IMG/VR virus record: IMGVR_UViG_2767802493_000005
Coordinates: 1,868-65,867 of that record
Strand: one strand, 5' to 3'
DNA length: 64,000 bases
From: a virus
Taxonomy: Duplodnaviria; Caudoviricetes
Made by a program: the position numbers and the translations under genes. Shown piece after piece: positions 7,767 through 16,222 of this stretch. The notes under the pieces were generated by a model. It was not told the origin of the DNA. It did no database searches and saw only the letters and a list, made by a program, of their open reading frames with translations. Position 1 is the first letter of the stretch, and the number at the start of each line of letters is the position of its first letter.

Positions 7767-8499
7767 GGGCGGCCACCCTGAGCGGCGCCGGCGCGGCAAT
7801 GTCATCGGGCAGGCCGGTTGGCCCGGCAGCGCCGGCAGCGTCATCGTAGGCACGAATCGTGCGGGCGATCGCGTACAGGCGCCAGATGAAATGGAACGTG
7901 TACTGCTGCAGGGACGATGCGTATTCCCAGGCGTCGGTGATCCGGAAGTCGCTGTAGTCGGGGTCCTGCGGCTCGAAGTCCGACATGGCGCTGATCGCGT
8001 TGCTCAGGGCATCGTGGTCTTCCGAGTCGTTCAGAACTTCGCGCTCGAGCTCCTGCCACAGCCGGGCCACCCATTCCGGCGCCGACGTGTCCGGATCCGC
8101 CAGCTCGTCTGGGTCCACGCGTTCCTCGACGTAGTCCTTGAACAGGCGCGTCACCAGGTCACGGAACAGGCGCGCGCTGAATTCCTGCTTCGCGCCGTCG
8201 TTGGCCACGCACTTCTCGGCCCAGTAGCCATCGTTCACGAACAGGCCGCCGGCCTTTTCGTGCTCCGCGGGCTTGGCGCGGAAGAACTCGAACATGTCAT
8301 GCAGGCGGCTGAAGACGGCCGCGCCCATGTCGCCGGAGATCGCCAGGTGCCCGGGCCAGGTGACGATGTCGAAGCCGTAGCAATAGGTTCCGGGGCGACG
8401 GAACTGCAGGTGCCGATGCACGCCATCGTCGACCACGATCCGAAGGTCGTGGCTGGCAGTATCGGCGAGGAAGCGGGGGAGGACGTCACTGCGGTTCAT
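7759..8499 (-). CDS. Conserved phage hypothetical protein
   Basis: HRHLQFRRPGTYCYGFDIVTWPGHLAISGDMG..VFSR..DMFEFFR..YWAEK, a recognisable phage family of unknown function. Confidence 0.7.
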   Translation of the reverse strand: MNRSDVLPRFLADTASHDLRIVVDDGVHRHLQFRRPGTYCYGFDIVTWPGHLAISGDMGAAVFSRLHDMFEFFRAKPAEHEKAGGLFVNDGYWAEKCVANDGAKQEFSARLFRDLVTRLFKDYVEERVDPDELADPDTSAPEWVARLWQELEREVLNDSEDHDALSNAISAMSDFEPQDPDYSDFRITDAWEYASSLQQYTFHFIWRLYAIARTIRAYDDAAGAAGPTGLPDDIAAPAPLRVAAHA

Positions 8500-8695
8500 G
8501 GGTATCTCCGGACCGTGCGGACGAGGCCTGGGCGGCCTTCAGGGCGGTTTGCCAAGCGGGTATCGAGCTGTCGTCGGGGCCGAGCAGCTGCAATAGGCCG
8601 GGCCGGTGGCCAGCGACGATGCGGCCGCCGGCGCGCAGCACCTCGAACACCTGCGACTTCTTTGTGAGCGGCTGTGGGCGATGGGTGCCGGTCAT
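8486..8695 (-). CDS. Small hypothetical protein
   Basis: Coupled ATGA start in the leftward operon. Confidence 0.5.
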   Translation of the reverse strand: MTGTHRPQPLTKKSQVFEVLRAGGRIVAGHRPGLLQLLGPDDSSIPAWQTALKAAQASSARSGDTHEPQ

Positions 8696-8814
8696 GCGCC
8701 CTCGACCTCATGCCGGACGGAAGGGCGATCCAAGTAGGTTTTGCCCAGGCCTTGCGCCACGAACAGGGCGTGAGCATGCTGGCGCGGTAGGGGCAGCCCA
8801 AGGCAACGAACAGA

Positions 8815-9390
8815 ATGACGACCCACCTGGAGCGTGGATGGACGCTCGGCCTCAAGTCCATCTGGGACATGCGTGCCAAGCTGGCTTGGGAAGCGACGAT
8901 AGTTCGAGACCAGGACCGCGACCGACCAGGCGTGCTCAAGACCGGCCCGAGGCATGAGCCGCGAGCCTTCCTTTTTGCTTCCGCCAACGCCATTGCAACG
9001 GCCTGGCACATGGTGGAATGGCTGCACTACCAGCTGGAAAAAGACGGGCTCGTTGCGAGCGCTTCGGCTGCGGTGGGGGCGGACCTTTCGACTGTAGATA
9101 AGGTCCAGAAATGGGTTTGTTTGAACGATGCCATGCGGACTTGCGGGGCAATTTGCCTGGCAGGCAAGCATCTGAATCTCAAGAACAAGGGCTTTGCTGG
9201 CTTGGACCTCGACGTCCCCGTCTTCTTCAATTTCTACGTTGAGCCCGGTTCGTCGCCGAGCATCCTGATGACATCCACGGCGGAAATCTCCACGGACGGC
9301 GGGACCTACACTCAGACGCTGTTGAACGTACTGCGGGATGCGGAGATCTTCTGGGACCACACGCTCAGCGTTACTGGAATTCCTCGCTGA
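8815..9390 (+). CDS. Counter-oriented moron, possible HEPN-like helical protein
   Basis: Opposite strand to the operon, more A/T-rich codons; NAIATAWHMVEWL and CGAICLAGKH motifs. Confidence 0.6.
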   Translation: MTTHLERGWTLGLKSIWDMRAKLAWEATIVRDQDRDRPGVLKTGPRHEPRAFLFASANAIATAWHMVEWLHYQLEKDGLVASASAAVGADLSTVDKVQKWVCLNDAMRTCGAICLAGKHLNLKNKGFAGLDLDVPVFFNFYVEPGSSPSILMTSTAEISTDGGTYTQTLLNVLRDAEIFWDHTLSVTGIPR

Positions 9391-9436
9391 GCAGCGCTTG
9401 CGAGTGCTGTTGGACGACGCGGGGCTGATGCTCATG

Positions 9437-9694
9437 TCAGCGCCTCTGGCCAGCCGGCAAAGTGGGGAGCTGCTGGGGCTCGGCAACCGCCGCCGTCAGG
9501 TTCCCGGTTTCGTGCGCTAACCGGATTGCATCGAGCTCGACCTTCACTGCGCCGATGTAGGTAGTGGCCACAATGGTCGAGGCCTTGGCGCGCTCGATGA
9601 CCTGGCCCATCTGTTCGGCACTCAGATCGTCGTCGCCCAGGCGTTCAAGCATGGCGACCAGGTGATCGCGGACGTCACTGACCTTGTTCTTCAT
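9437..9694 (-). CDS. Conserved small protein usually paired with phage HNH genes
   Basis: MKNKVSDVRDHLVAMLERLGDDDL..IERAKA. Confidence 0.7.
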   Translation of the reverse strand: MKNKVSDVRDHLVAMLERLGDDDLSAEQMGQVIERAKASTIVATTYIGAVKVELDAIRLAHETGNLTAAVAEPQQLPTLPAGQRR

Positions 9695-10397
9695 CTTGTT
9701 GCTCCTTGGTTCGCCTCCTGACCCGGCGGGTGATTCGCGCCTTCAGGTGGACAAGTTCTTTCAGTTCCGGCGGGTACCGGTTGTGGTAGCTGTTGCGCCG
9801 CATGTTCTCGGCGAGGGTCACGGTCTCGAGGCGATCAGCAGTGATCTCTGCGGCGACCAGCGTCTTCAGGCCTGGCCGGAACACCACGATGTGACCTTCC
9901 GGTACCGGGCCGTTTGCTGCCTCCCAGACCATCACGTGCACCGGGCGCCAGCGATTGACTGGGAACAGGGCCGGGTCGTCTGTGACCTTGCGCATCAGCA
10001 CCTTGCGCTTCGGATCCACCTTCTCCGTCCCGATCGGCACGTAGTTGCTTGCCTCGCTGGCCGGCCGCCCCTTCTTGAACTGGGTTTCTCGCATCCGGCC
10101 TGCATACCAGCCAGGTCGGCGCATCCCCTTGTTCGCCGGCGTAGCCCCGGGCTTGATCCGTGATGCGATCGATCCCGGTTCCTGGGTCCCGTTCCAGAGC
10201 GCGGCCAGCGGCTGGGTGTAGAAGTCCTCGGCCTTCTGCAGGCCCAGCACCGCTGCCCGTCGGTACACCGCGGCCTTGGGCCGCTGGAGGACATGCGCGA
10301 TCAGGAAGGCGGGGAACCGTGGCCAGTTGATCCGCAGCGTTTCGTCCTCGTCGGCCGTCCAGGGCCGTCGTGCGTTGGGGTGTGACTTGCGCGTCAT
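9675..10397 (-). CDS. HNH endonuclease-like protein
   Basis: ETQFKKG..PIGTE..VHVMVWEAANGPVPEGHIVVF..LETVTLAENMRRNS. Confidence 0.8.
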   Translation of the reverse strand: MTRKSHPNARRPWTADEDETLRINWPRFPAFLIAHVLQRPKAAVYRRAAVLGLQKAEDFYTQPLAALWNGTQEPGSIASRIKPGATPANKGMRRPGWYAGRMRETQFKKGRPASEASNYVPIGTEKVDPKRKVLMRKVTDDPALFPVNRWRPVHVMVWEAANGPVPEGHIVVFRPGLKTLVAAEITADRLETVTLAENMRRNSYHNRYPPELKELVHLKARITRRVRRRTKEQQDEEQGQ

Positions 10398-10400
10398 GGC

Positions 10401-11117
10401 TCATCGGATCCAGTCCGGGCGCTTCGGCCCCTGGATCTGCTGCCGCGCGCGCTGCCGAACGGCTTCCTTCCGGAAGTACTCGCGGTGTTCGAGTTTCTGG
10501 CCGCGGACGCGGAAGCCCCAGCTGCCAGCGCGCGGCGGCAGGGTCAGCACCAGGGTCCAGGTGCCTTCAGCCTGCAGGTCCTCGGGAAGGGCGATCCGAT
10601 GCCAGCCCTCGGCACGCCGGAACAGCAGCTGGCCAGCGCCGTACCAGGTCGACGAATACGGTTCCTCTGCGATCGCCGACGGCACCGCGTCCGGTACCGC
10701 CGGCAGCGGTCCGTCGAAGGGGCGGTGCTCGAAGTACCCACCGCGCAGGATCAGGCTGAAGAACGACCAGGGGTGATCATGGAAGACGCCGCCGAGGTCG
10801 CTGCTGCGGATGTGGTGCAGGCGCAGAGCCAGCCAAGGCCGCGGCTGGCCACGGTCATCGACGCCGGCGCGGCCGATGCGCAGCAGCCAGAAGCGATCCA
10901 TGTACGGCGTGCCGTCGGCGTTGGCCAGGTGGAAGTAGGGGGTGCGGGTGCCGCGCTGGATCAGTGCGGTGGCCAGCCGATCCAGTACGCGGCGGCCCAT
11001 GGTGCGCGGCGGCGCCTGCAGATCCAGGTAGCTGCCGCAGCGGCCGCACGATTCCATATCCGGCCAGTCACGCGCGCAGCCGAACAGGGCGCAGATGAAG
11101 GCGCGTACGCGGCTCAC
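10401..11117 (-). CDS. Cupin-like (HDHPW) phage protein
   Basis: LRLHHI..D..FHDHPWSFFSLILRGGYFEH..WHRI..WTLVLT..WGF. Confidence 0.65.
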   Translation of the reverse strand: MSRVRAFICALFGCARDWPDMESCGRCGSYLDLQAPPRTMGRRVLDRLATALIQRGTRTPYFHLANADGTPYMDRFWLLRIGRAGVDDRGQPRPWLALRLHHIRSSDLGGVFHDHPWSFFSLILRGGYFEHRPFDGPLPAVPDAVPSAIAEEPYSSTWYGAGQLLFRRAEGWHRIALPEDLQAEGTWTLVLTLPPRAGSWGFRVRGQKLEHREYFRKEAVRQRARQQIQGPKRPDWIR

Positions 11118-11362
11118 GGCTGCTCGTCCCTGTAGGTCGGGACCAGGCCGCCGGCAGTGGTCAAGGTGCCGGCTTGGATCTGGCGCACGCGGCGCGCGCG
11201 CTCGGCGTGGCCACCACCGGCCGGCGCCCAGGTTGTGCGGTGGCGTGGCGGCATGCGACGGACAGCGAGAGCGCGCGCAGCGCGCCTCGGCTGGTGGGCC
11301 AGCAGGGCAGGCAGGAGGACGTCGAGGGAAAAGCGGCCAGTGCCGAAAAGATGCGGATTCAT
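11114..11362 (-). CDS. Small basic hypothetical protein
   Basis: RBS GAGG upstream of MNPHLF; coupled to the next gene. Confidence 0.5.
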   Translation of the reverse strand: MNPHLFGTGRFSLDVLLPALLAHQPRRAARALAVRRMPPRHRTTWAPAGGGHAERARRVRQIQAGTLTTAGGLVPTYRDEQP

Positions 11363-11369
11363 GTGGACC

Positions 11370-12272
11370 TCATGCGTAGGTGGTGAGGCGGAAGCGCTCG
11401 CGGACCAGGTCGTAGAGCCGGCCGACTTCGCCGATCTGCAGGGCGAAGCGGGCATCGAACTCGGCGCGCCGGCCGTCTTCATCCCCGTGCTGCAGCTGCT
11501 CCACGGCGCCGTCCAGGAAGCGGAGCTTTCGGACGATCAGGTCGTCACCGAGGACGAAGGAGAGGTGGTCGTCCAGCACCAGGGCGAGCTTCGTGACCTG
11601 CTTGCCGGTCTCCAGGTGCAGGTCGACCTCGTCGCAGCGCAGTTCGTGGTGCTGGCAGCGAACGATGGCGCCGCCTTCGACCGGGTCGCGCAGTTCGCAT
11701 TCCTCGCCCAGGCTGAGGCCTTCGGGCAGGGGCTCGCCGGCGACCCAGCCGGTAAGGATCGCCCGCGGCGAGACCTCTGCGTTCAAGGGCAGAGCGGGGA
11801 AGCTGCCGACCACGTTGCGCAGCTGGCTCATGGCGTTCTCGCCGGTCTTGCGGCTGCTGGTGTCGACGAAGACCACGCCGCGCTGGTGGTCCAGGTAGAG
11901 ATCCGTGCGGGTCGGGCGGACGAAGGCCCGAGGCAGCAGCTCGTGCAGCAGATCGTCCTTGATGCGTTTCCGCTCGCGGCCGCCGGGGCGGCGCCCCTCT
12001 CGTTCTTCGATCTCCTGCAGCTTGAGCTCGAGCAGGTTGCTCACCACGGCCGGCGGCAGGATCTTCTCTTCGGCGCCGATGGCCATCCACATGCAGTGGC
12101 CGATCTCGTGCGATAGCAGCTCTTTCTCTTCGCGGCCGAACGGCGAAATGAAGCCGGCGGAGCACATTTCCAGGGGGCCTACCGGCTTCAGAGCGCTCGC
12201 CTTCAGGCCGTCCTGCCAGTCGAACATCTGCAGCTGCGGGTAGGTGAACATCGTGACGTTGCGGAAGAACAT
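11370..12272 (-). CDS. rdgC: Recombination-associated protein RdgC
   Basis: MFFRNVTMF..LKPVGPLEMCSAGFISP..EEKILPPAVV..LLPRAF..ELRCDEVDLHLETGKQVTKLAL. Confidence 0.92.
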   Translation of the reverse strand: MFFRNVTMFTYPQLQMFDWQDGLKASALKPVGPLEMCSAGFISPFGREEKELLSHEIGHCMWMAIGAEEKILPPAVVSNLLELKLQEIEEREGRRPGGRERKRIKDDLLHELLPRAFVRPTRTDLYLDHQRGVVFVDTSSRKTGENAMSQLRNVVGSFPALPLNAEVSPRAILTGWVAGEPLPEGLSLGEECELRDPVEGGAIVRCQHHELRCDEVDLHLETGKQVTKLALVLDDHLSFVLGDDLIVRKLRFLDGAVEQLQHGDEDGRRAEFDARFALQIGEVGRLYDLVRERFRLTTYA

Positions 12273-12430
12273 CAGGTGTCTCCGGTCTGTTCAGAGGTGA
12301 CGCTGCTGCCTTCGGGCAGCTCGGAAAGGCCCAGGGTGTAGAGCGCGTCGTCGATCGCGGCCTGCTCGGCTTCTGCGATGACGCTGTGCGGTCCAGCCAC
12401 GCCCGGGATGTGGACGTGGAAGAGCCTCAT
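12272..12430 (-). CDS. Small hypothetical protein
   Basis: MRLFHVHIPG; ATGA/TGATG coupling at both ends. Confidence 0.5.
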   Translation of the reverse strand: MRLFHVHIPGVAGPHSVIAEAEQAAIDDALYTLGLSELPEGSSVTSEQTGDT

Positions 12431-12690
12431 GGACGGCAGGCCTCGGCGATGCGCTGGAACTTCCGCGCCCAGGTGGCCAGGTCGGGCTTCATCCCCGCGC
12501 TCCAGGCGATCTGGAAGATCGTGCCGAAGCGGATCCGCAGCGCGCGCCACTGGTCCGGCGGTGCGATGGAGACCGCGCGCTGGTAGCGCTGCACGCGCGC
12601 TGCGGGGGTGATCGCCGGCGGCATGCGGTCCAGGTCGTGCTGCAGGATCGCGTCGAGGCCGTGGCCCAGCAGGTGCAGGTCCGCCGTCAT
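12427..12690 (-). CDS. Small hypothetical protein
   Basis: ATGA-coupled ORF. Confidence 0.55.
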   Translation of the reverse strand: MTADLHLLGHGLDAILQHDLDRMPPAITPAARVQRYQRAVSIAPPDQWRALRIRFGTIFQIAWSAGMKPDLATWARKFQRIAEACRP

Positions 12691-12935
12691 GACATGGCCC
12701 TCCCGTGCACCACCCAGCAGAGGTCGGCCAGTGCCCGCGGTACTGAGGGCATTGCCCGCGTCTCATAGAACGCAGCTTCGATGATCTGTTCGAAGCTACG
12801 GCCATCTGGCGCGCGCGCGGCTTCGCCTTCAACCTTCAGGAGGCGGGCCAGGTAGTCCCTGCTGAGAGGCCCCAGGTTCCCGACCAGGTCATCGAGGTCG
12901 ATCTCCGCGTCGACGTTCATGGTCACCAGGTTCAT
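12687..12935 (-). CDS. Small hypothetical protein
   Basis: MNLVTMNVDAEIDLDDL; coupled. Confidence 0.55.
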   Translation of the reverse strand: MNLVTMNVDAEIDLDDLVGNLGPLSRDYLARLLKVEGEAARAPDGRSFEQIIEAAFYETRAMPSVPRALADLCWVVHGRAMS

Positions 12936-13060
12936 GACAGCACCGCCCGGGATCCGAACCCTACTGCCACGCCCACCAAGAAGCCGGCCGTGCCACCAAT
13001 GGCCAGCACCCGCCGGAACAGCACTGCCGTGGCCTCGGCGATGATGTCTTCCGCCTTCAT
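12932..13060 (-). CDS. 42-aa single-TM membrane protein
   Basis: MKAEDIIAEATAVLFRRVLAIGGTAGFLVGVAVGFG; coupled. Confidence 0.5.
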   Translation of the reverse strand: MKAEDIIAEATAVLFRRVLAIGGTAGFLVGVAVGFGSRAVLS

Positions 13061-13320
13061 GCGGCACCGCCTTTGCCACGCGCCAGGGCGCGTTGGCAGC
13101 GAGGGCAGGTCACCGGATGCGATTCGCAGGCGGTCCAGCCCACGGATCGGCGGCCCGGTGCTGCTCCGCATAGCGCCTTGCCGGTGGCTTCGACATATCC
13201 GCCATGGCGCCGCACCTGCGCGGACGGGATCGCGTGCAGGTTGGTGCCTTGTCCCCGCTCGAGGCCGTTTGAGCATCGCCCAGCGAGCTTCGCCGCCAGC
13301 ACTTCCACCGCGGCGTTCAT
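13057..13320 (-). CDS. Small Cys/His-containing protein
   Basis: LH..ALCG..VTCPRC; coupled. Confidence 0.55.
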   Translation of the reverse strand: MNAAVEVLAAKLAGRCSNGLERGQGTNLHAIPSAQVRRHGGYVEATGKALCGAAPGRRSVGWTACESHPVTCPRCQRALARGKGGAA

Positions 13321-13616
13321 GCAGCACCGCCGTTGGAATGCTCAATGAGGAATGCCTGGATCTTCGGGGCGAGGGCGGCCGGCAGATCGAAGGAGGCCGA
13401 ACCAAGCCACAGAGTGGCCGGGGTGTCGGTGCCGGGATCATACGGATCCACGTGCGGCATCTGGCCAGGACGGGCGCATGCGAAGGCAATGCCTCGGTGC
13501 TTCCTGTCCTTCCCGACGATGGTGTAGAGCGACATGCGCCATGAGCTGTCGCTGTCCCGGGTGAGGCCGAGGTTGGCGCCGAAGCAGTTGGCGGTGAATT
13601 CGACCTGGGCGGTCAC
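13317..13616 (-). CDS. Hypothetical protein
   Basis: GTGA-coupled ORF. Confidence 0.55.
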   Translation of the reverse strand: MTAQVEFTANCFGANLGLTRDSDSSWRMSLYTIVGKDRKHRGIAFACARPGQMPHVDPYDPGTDTPATLWLGSASFDLPAALAPKIQAFLIEHSNGGAA

Positions 13617-14032
13617 GCGGCACCCCCTTGAGGCATCACGAAGCGGTAGCCGCGCAGGCGGATGGTCTCGATGGCGTGCTGGAATCCTTCGGCTGCGAGC
13701 TTGCGGCGCACGCGCGACACCAGCACCTGCAAGACGTTGGATTCACGCGACGGTGGCTTGCTGTCCGGATACATCGCGGCATGCAGCGTGCCGATCTCGA
13801 CCAGGCGGTCCGACGCCGAGATCAGCGTCTGCATGACCAGCGTCTCGGTGCGGCTCAGCTTGATGGCCTTGCCGGCGATCAGCAGGCGCTGCCCCATCAC
13901 CACAGGTGCGGCGTGGCTGGCAGCTTCGCCGCAGCTGCTGCAGATATCCTTGTCGATCCAGGAGCAGCCGCCGCGGCAGGCCTGCAGCTCGGTGCAGCCG
14001 CAGATGCGGCAGTGGCGTTCGGTGAAGGCCAT
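13613..14032 (-). CDS. Cys-rich domain fused to an OmpR/PhoB-type winged-helix DNA-binding domain
   Basis: CRICGCTELQACRGGCSWIDKDICSSC plus LSRTETLVMQTL..NVLQVLVSRVRRKL..IETIRLRGYRF. Confidence 0.75.
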   Translation of the reverse strand: MAFTERHCRICGCTELQACRGGCSWIDKDICSSCGEAASHAAPVVMGQRLLIAGKAIKLSRTETLVMQTLISASDRLVEIGTLHAAMYPDSKPPSRESNVLQVLVSRVRRKLAAEGFQHAIETIRLRGYRFVMPQGGAA

Positions 14033-14535
14033 CAGTGCACCTCCAGGAAAGCCAGGTCATAGATGACGCACTGCGCCCGGGCCACCACAGGGGAGGTGGC
14101 TTCACCCGTCGACAGGGGGACGACGGTATTGGCCCGGGCGCAGGCGTCGGGGGAAACGGAATAGGTACCGACGACAACGGCGTCGACAGCGTCAAGCGCG
14201 AGCTGCCAACGGTAGGGGGAGAAGTCCTTGGCCAGCGCGGCGGACACGCCGGCGGCGCAGTCCGGCACGCGGCCGGCCTCGTTGAAGCCGTTGAGCACGG
14301 CCTGCGCGATCGTCGTGCGCAGGCCCCAGTCGTTCTCGTTGGCCAGGGTGTAGACCTCCAGCGCCGCGCAGATGCGCGGGCTGGTGATCACCAGCGCTGC
14401 TGGTGCCCGGACGGTCTGGCCGGGTTCGTCTGTGGAAGGGGACGATGGGGAGAAGAGGGCGCCGACGCCGGTGGCTCCAAGAACCCCCAGGGCCAGGTAC
14501 AGCGACGAAGACAGTGCAGACATGTGCTCAACCAT
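14032..14535 (-). CDS. Exported SleB/cell-wall-hydrolase-like protein, probably catalytically degenerate
   Basis: N-terminal hydrophobic segment; CAALEVYTLANE..IAQAVLN..C..W..ALDAVDAVV aligns to CLA..IYFEARGE..VA.VVLNR. Confidence 0.5.
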   Translation of the reverse strand: MVEHMSALSSSLYLALGVLGATGVGALFSPSSPSTDEPGQTVRAPAALVITSPRICAALEVYTLANENDWGLRTTIAQAVLNGFNEAGRVPDCAAGVSAALAKDFSPYRWQLALDAVDAVVVGTYSVSPDACARANTVVPLSTGEATSPVVARAQCVIYDLAFLEVH

Positions 14536-14552
14536 CCGTGCTTGGGATGGTG

Positions 14553-14597
14553 AGCAAAATATTGCGCAAAACTTAACGTGTCAAGCAAAAGTTTGCT
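14553..14597 (-). promoter_or_regulatory. PL-like promoter (-35 TTGACA 14584-14579, -10 TATTTT 14561-14556) with operators at 14553-14566 and 14584-14597
   Basis: Perfect -35 and 17-bp spacer; AGCAAAAGTTTGCT is the exact reverse complement of operator 15487-15500. Confidence 0.8.
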
Positions 14598-15129
14598 ACG
14601 AAGATAGTTTAAGGACTATCTGGCCCGCGTGACGGCCGGCGCACCGCAAGAGGGCGTAAAGGATCCAGCCAGTGTTGAGGGCTTCGGGAGTGAAGCCTGC
14701 GACGTGCTCCAATGCATCAAACGGCAAGGGCCAGGCAAGCGCTCTATCGCGTGCCTCGCGCGCCAGCGCTGCCTCCCAAATGCTCAGGTCTGCATAGCGA
14801 ATGACATTGACCGTTGGAACGGAGAACGCAGGCGCTTGGCCCCGATCCACGGTGAACTGAGCGAAATCGTCAGTACCAATCCACCATTCGCGCCGATCAT
14901 AGATCTCTGATCCGTGCTGGCGCCGCGCGCGCCGAAAAGCTTCCTCGATACCGGCGCGCATTGCTTCAGTTGTGCGGTCGCCCGCGAAGAGAAACTGGGT
15001 CAGGCTCTCAACGAGCTCACCGGCCTCTACATCGGTCGTCGGGCTGAATGCCAACTCAGCCGGCCTTTGCCGCAAGGCCACCCGCTGGGAGACCTGCGTA
15101 CCGAACCTCAGCGTTTGCCACACGCTCAA
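14596..15129 (-). CDS. Hypothetical protein downstream of the repressor (start uncertain)
   Basis: Only plausible ORF between the repressor and PL; natural amino-acid composition. Confidence 0.4.
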   Translation of the reverse strand: MSVWQTLRFGTQVSQRVALRQRPAELAFSPTTDVEAGELVESLTQFLFAGDRTTEAMRAGIEEAFRRARRQHGSEIYDRREWWIGTDDFAQFTVDRGQAPAFSVPTVNVIRYADLSIWEAALAREARDRALAWPLPFDALEHVAGFTPEALNTGWILYALLRCAGRHAGQIVLKLSS

Positions 15130-15439
15130 TGTTGGTGCGGCCCTGCTCCGGGACCGCGATGTAGTCCTGGATGACTTGGTTGAGCCGCTGGCCGGTCAGG
15201 ACTTCTAGAGGGACATCCTGGATGAACAACATCCATGCCGGAACGCCGAAAGCCGCCGCCAAGCCGTCGACGGTGCGGACAGTAGGGGAGGTCTCGTGGG
15301 TCTTCCCATAGGTGACGACGTTGCCAACGTTGCGCTGGGAGAGCCCGGCGCGCTTGGCCACCTTCGCCTGAGTTTCGCCGCCTGCCTCCATGAGCCGGCG
15401 AACGTTGTCGGCGAGGATCAGGTTCGAATCAATGTTCAT
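15056..15439 (-). CDS. CI-like XRE-family repressor without an S24 peptidase domain
   Basis: LADNVRRLM..TQAKVAKRAGLSQRNVGNV..SPTVRTVDGLAAAFGVPAWMLF; divergent from cro; 127 aa. Confidence 0.85.
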   Translation of the reverse strand: MNIDSNLILADNVRRLMEAGGETQAKVAKRAGLSQRNVGNVVTYGKTHETSPTVRTVDGLAAAFGVPAWMLFIQDVPLEVLTGQRLNQVIQDYIAVPEQGRTNIERVANAEVRYAGLPAGGLAAKAG

Positions 15440-15442
15440 GTA

Positions 15443-15500
15443 AGCAGAATATTGATCGGCCTCGGCAAAGTACTGCTTTCCACCTGAGCAAACTTTTGCT
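15443..15500. promoter_or_regulatory. Three OR-like 14-bp operators between repressor and cro
   Basis: AGCAGAATATTGAT 15443, GGCAAAGTACTGCT 15464, AGCAAACTTTTGCT 15487 (spacing 21 and 23 bp). Confidence 0.75.
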
Positions 15501-15512
15501 ATATGTAGGCGC

Positions 15513-15833
15513 ATGGACGCCGATACCCTCTTGCATCAAACCGTGGTGCGCCTGCGTGCGCATGAAGGGAAGTACGCCGAGATCGCCCGGCAGAACCCGG
15601 ACATCGGCTATTCGTGGCTGACGAAGCTGGCGCACGGGCAGATCACGAACCCGACGATCGCCAGCCTGCAGCAGCTGATCGAGGCGCTGAATGCCTTCGA
15701 AGGCTTGGAGCGGGGCGGCCCAGCCGAACTGGTGGCGCAGGCCGATCCGGTTATGGATCCGGTTATGGAACTGCGCGCCGAACCGAGCGGCGACGTGGAC
15801 GCCGGCCGCATCGTTCCGCTGGAGACAGCCTGA
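15513..15833 (+). CDS. Cro-like HTH protein
   Basis: KYAEIARQNPDIGYSWLTKLAHGQITNPTIASLQQL. Confidence 0.8.
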   Translation: MDADTLLHQTVVRLRAHEGKYAEIARQNPDIGYSWLTKLAHGQITNPTIASLQQLIEALNAFEGLERGGPAELVAQADPVMDPVMELRAEPSGDVDAGRIVPLETA

Positions 15834-16222
15834 TGGCCCGTCGACACCTCAGCAATCCTCGCGAAGGGGAAGATCGCGGCCACGGCCGGGATCGCAGGGA
15901 GCTGCGCGCGCTGCGGCAGAGGGTGCGCGACCTGGAAGCCCAGGTCGCGATGTACCAGTTGCCTGGTAACGGGTTGATCGAGAAGGCGCTTGCAGAAGCC
16001 AATGCCAGCATCGCCTCGCTTGAACAGGAAACCTCGCGCGCGGTCACTCAGCGGCAGGTGCTAGCTCAATGCCAGGAAACACTGAGCGCGCAGCGATCAC
16101 AAATTGTTCGAGAAACGCTGGGTCGAAGCCCTGGGCGACGAACGCTTCGTACGCGACTTGGAGACCTGCTTCAACGTTTCGTCGCGTGGCTTGATCAGCA
16201 TTCGCAAGGAGGCCATCCGTGA
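15833..16222 (+). CDS. Coiled-coil hypothetical protein (module ORF A)
   Basis: TGATG-coupled to cro; LRQRVRDLEAQV resembles ORF A'. Confidence 0.55.
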   Translation: MARRHLSNPREGEDRGHGRDRRELRALRQRVRDLEAQVAMYQLPGNGLIEKALAEANASIASLEQETSRAVTQRQVLAQCQETLSAQRSQIVRETLGRSPGRRTLRTRLGDLLQRFVAWLDQHSQGGHP

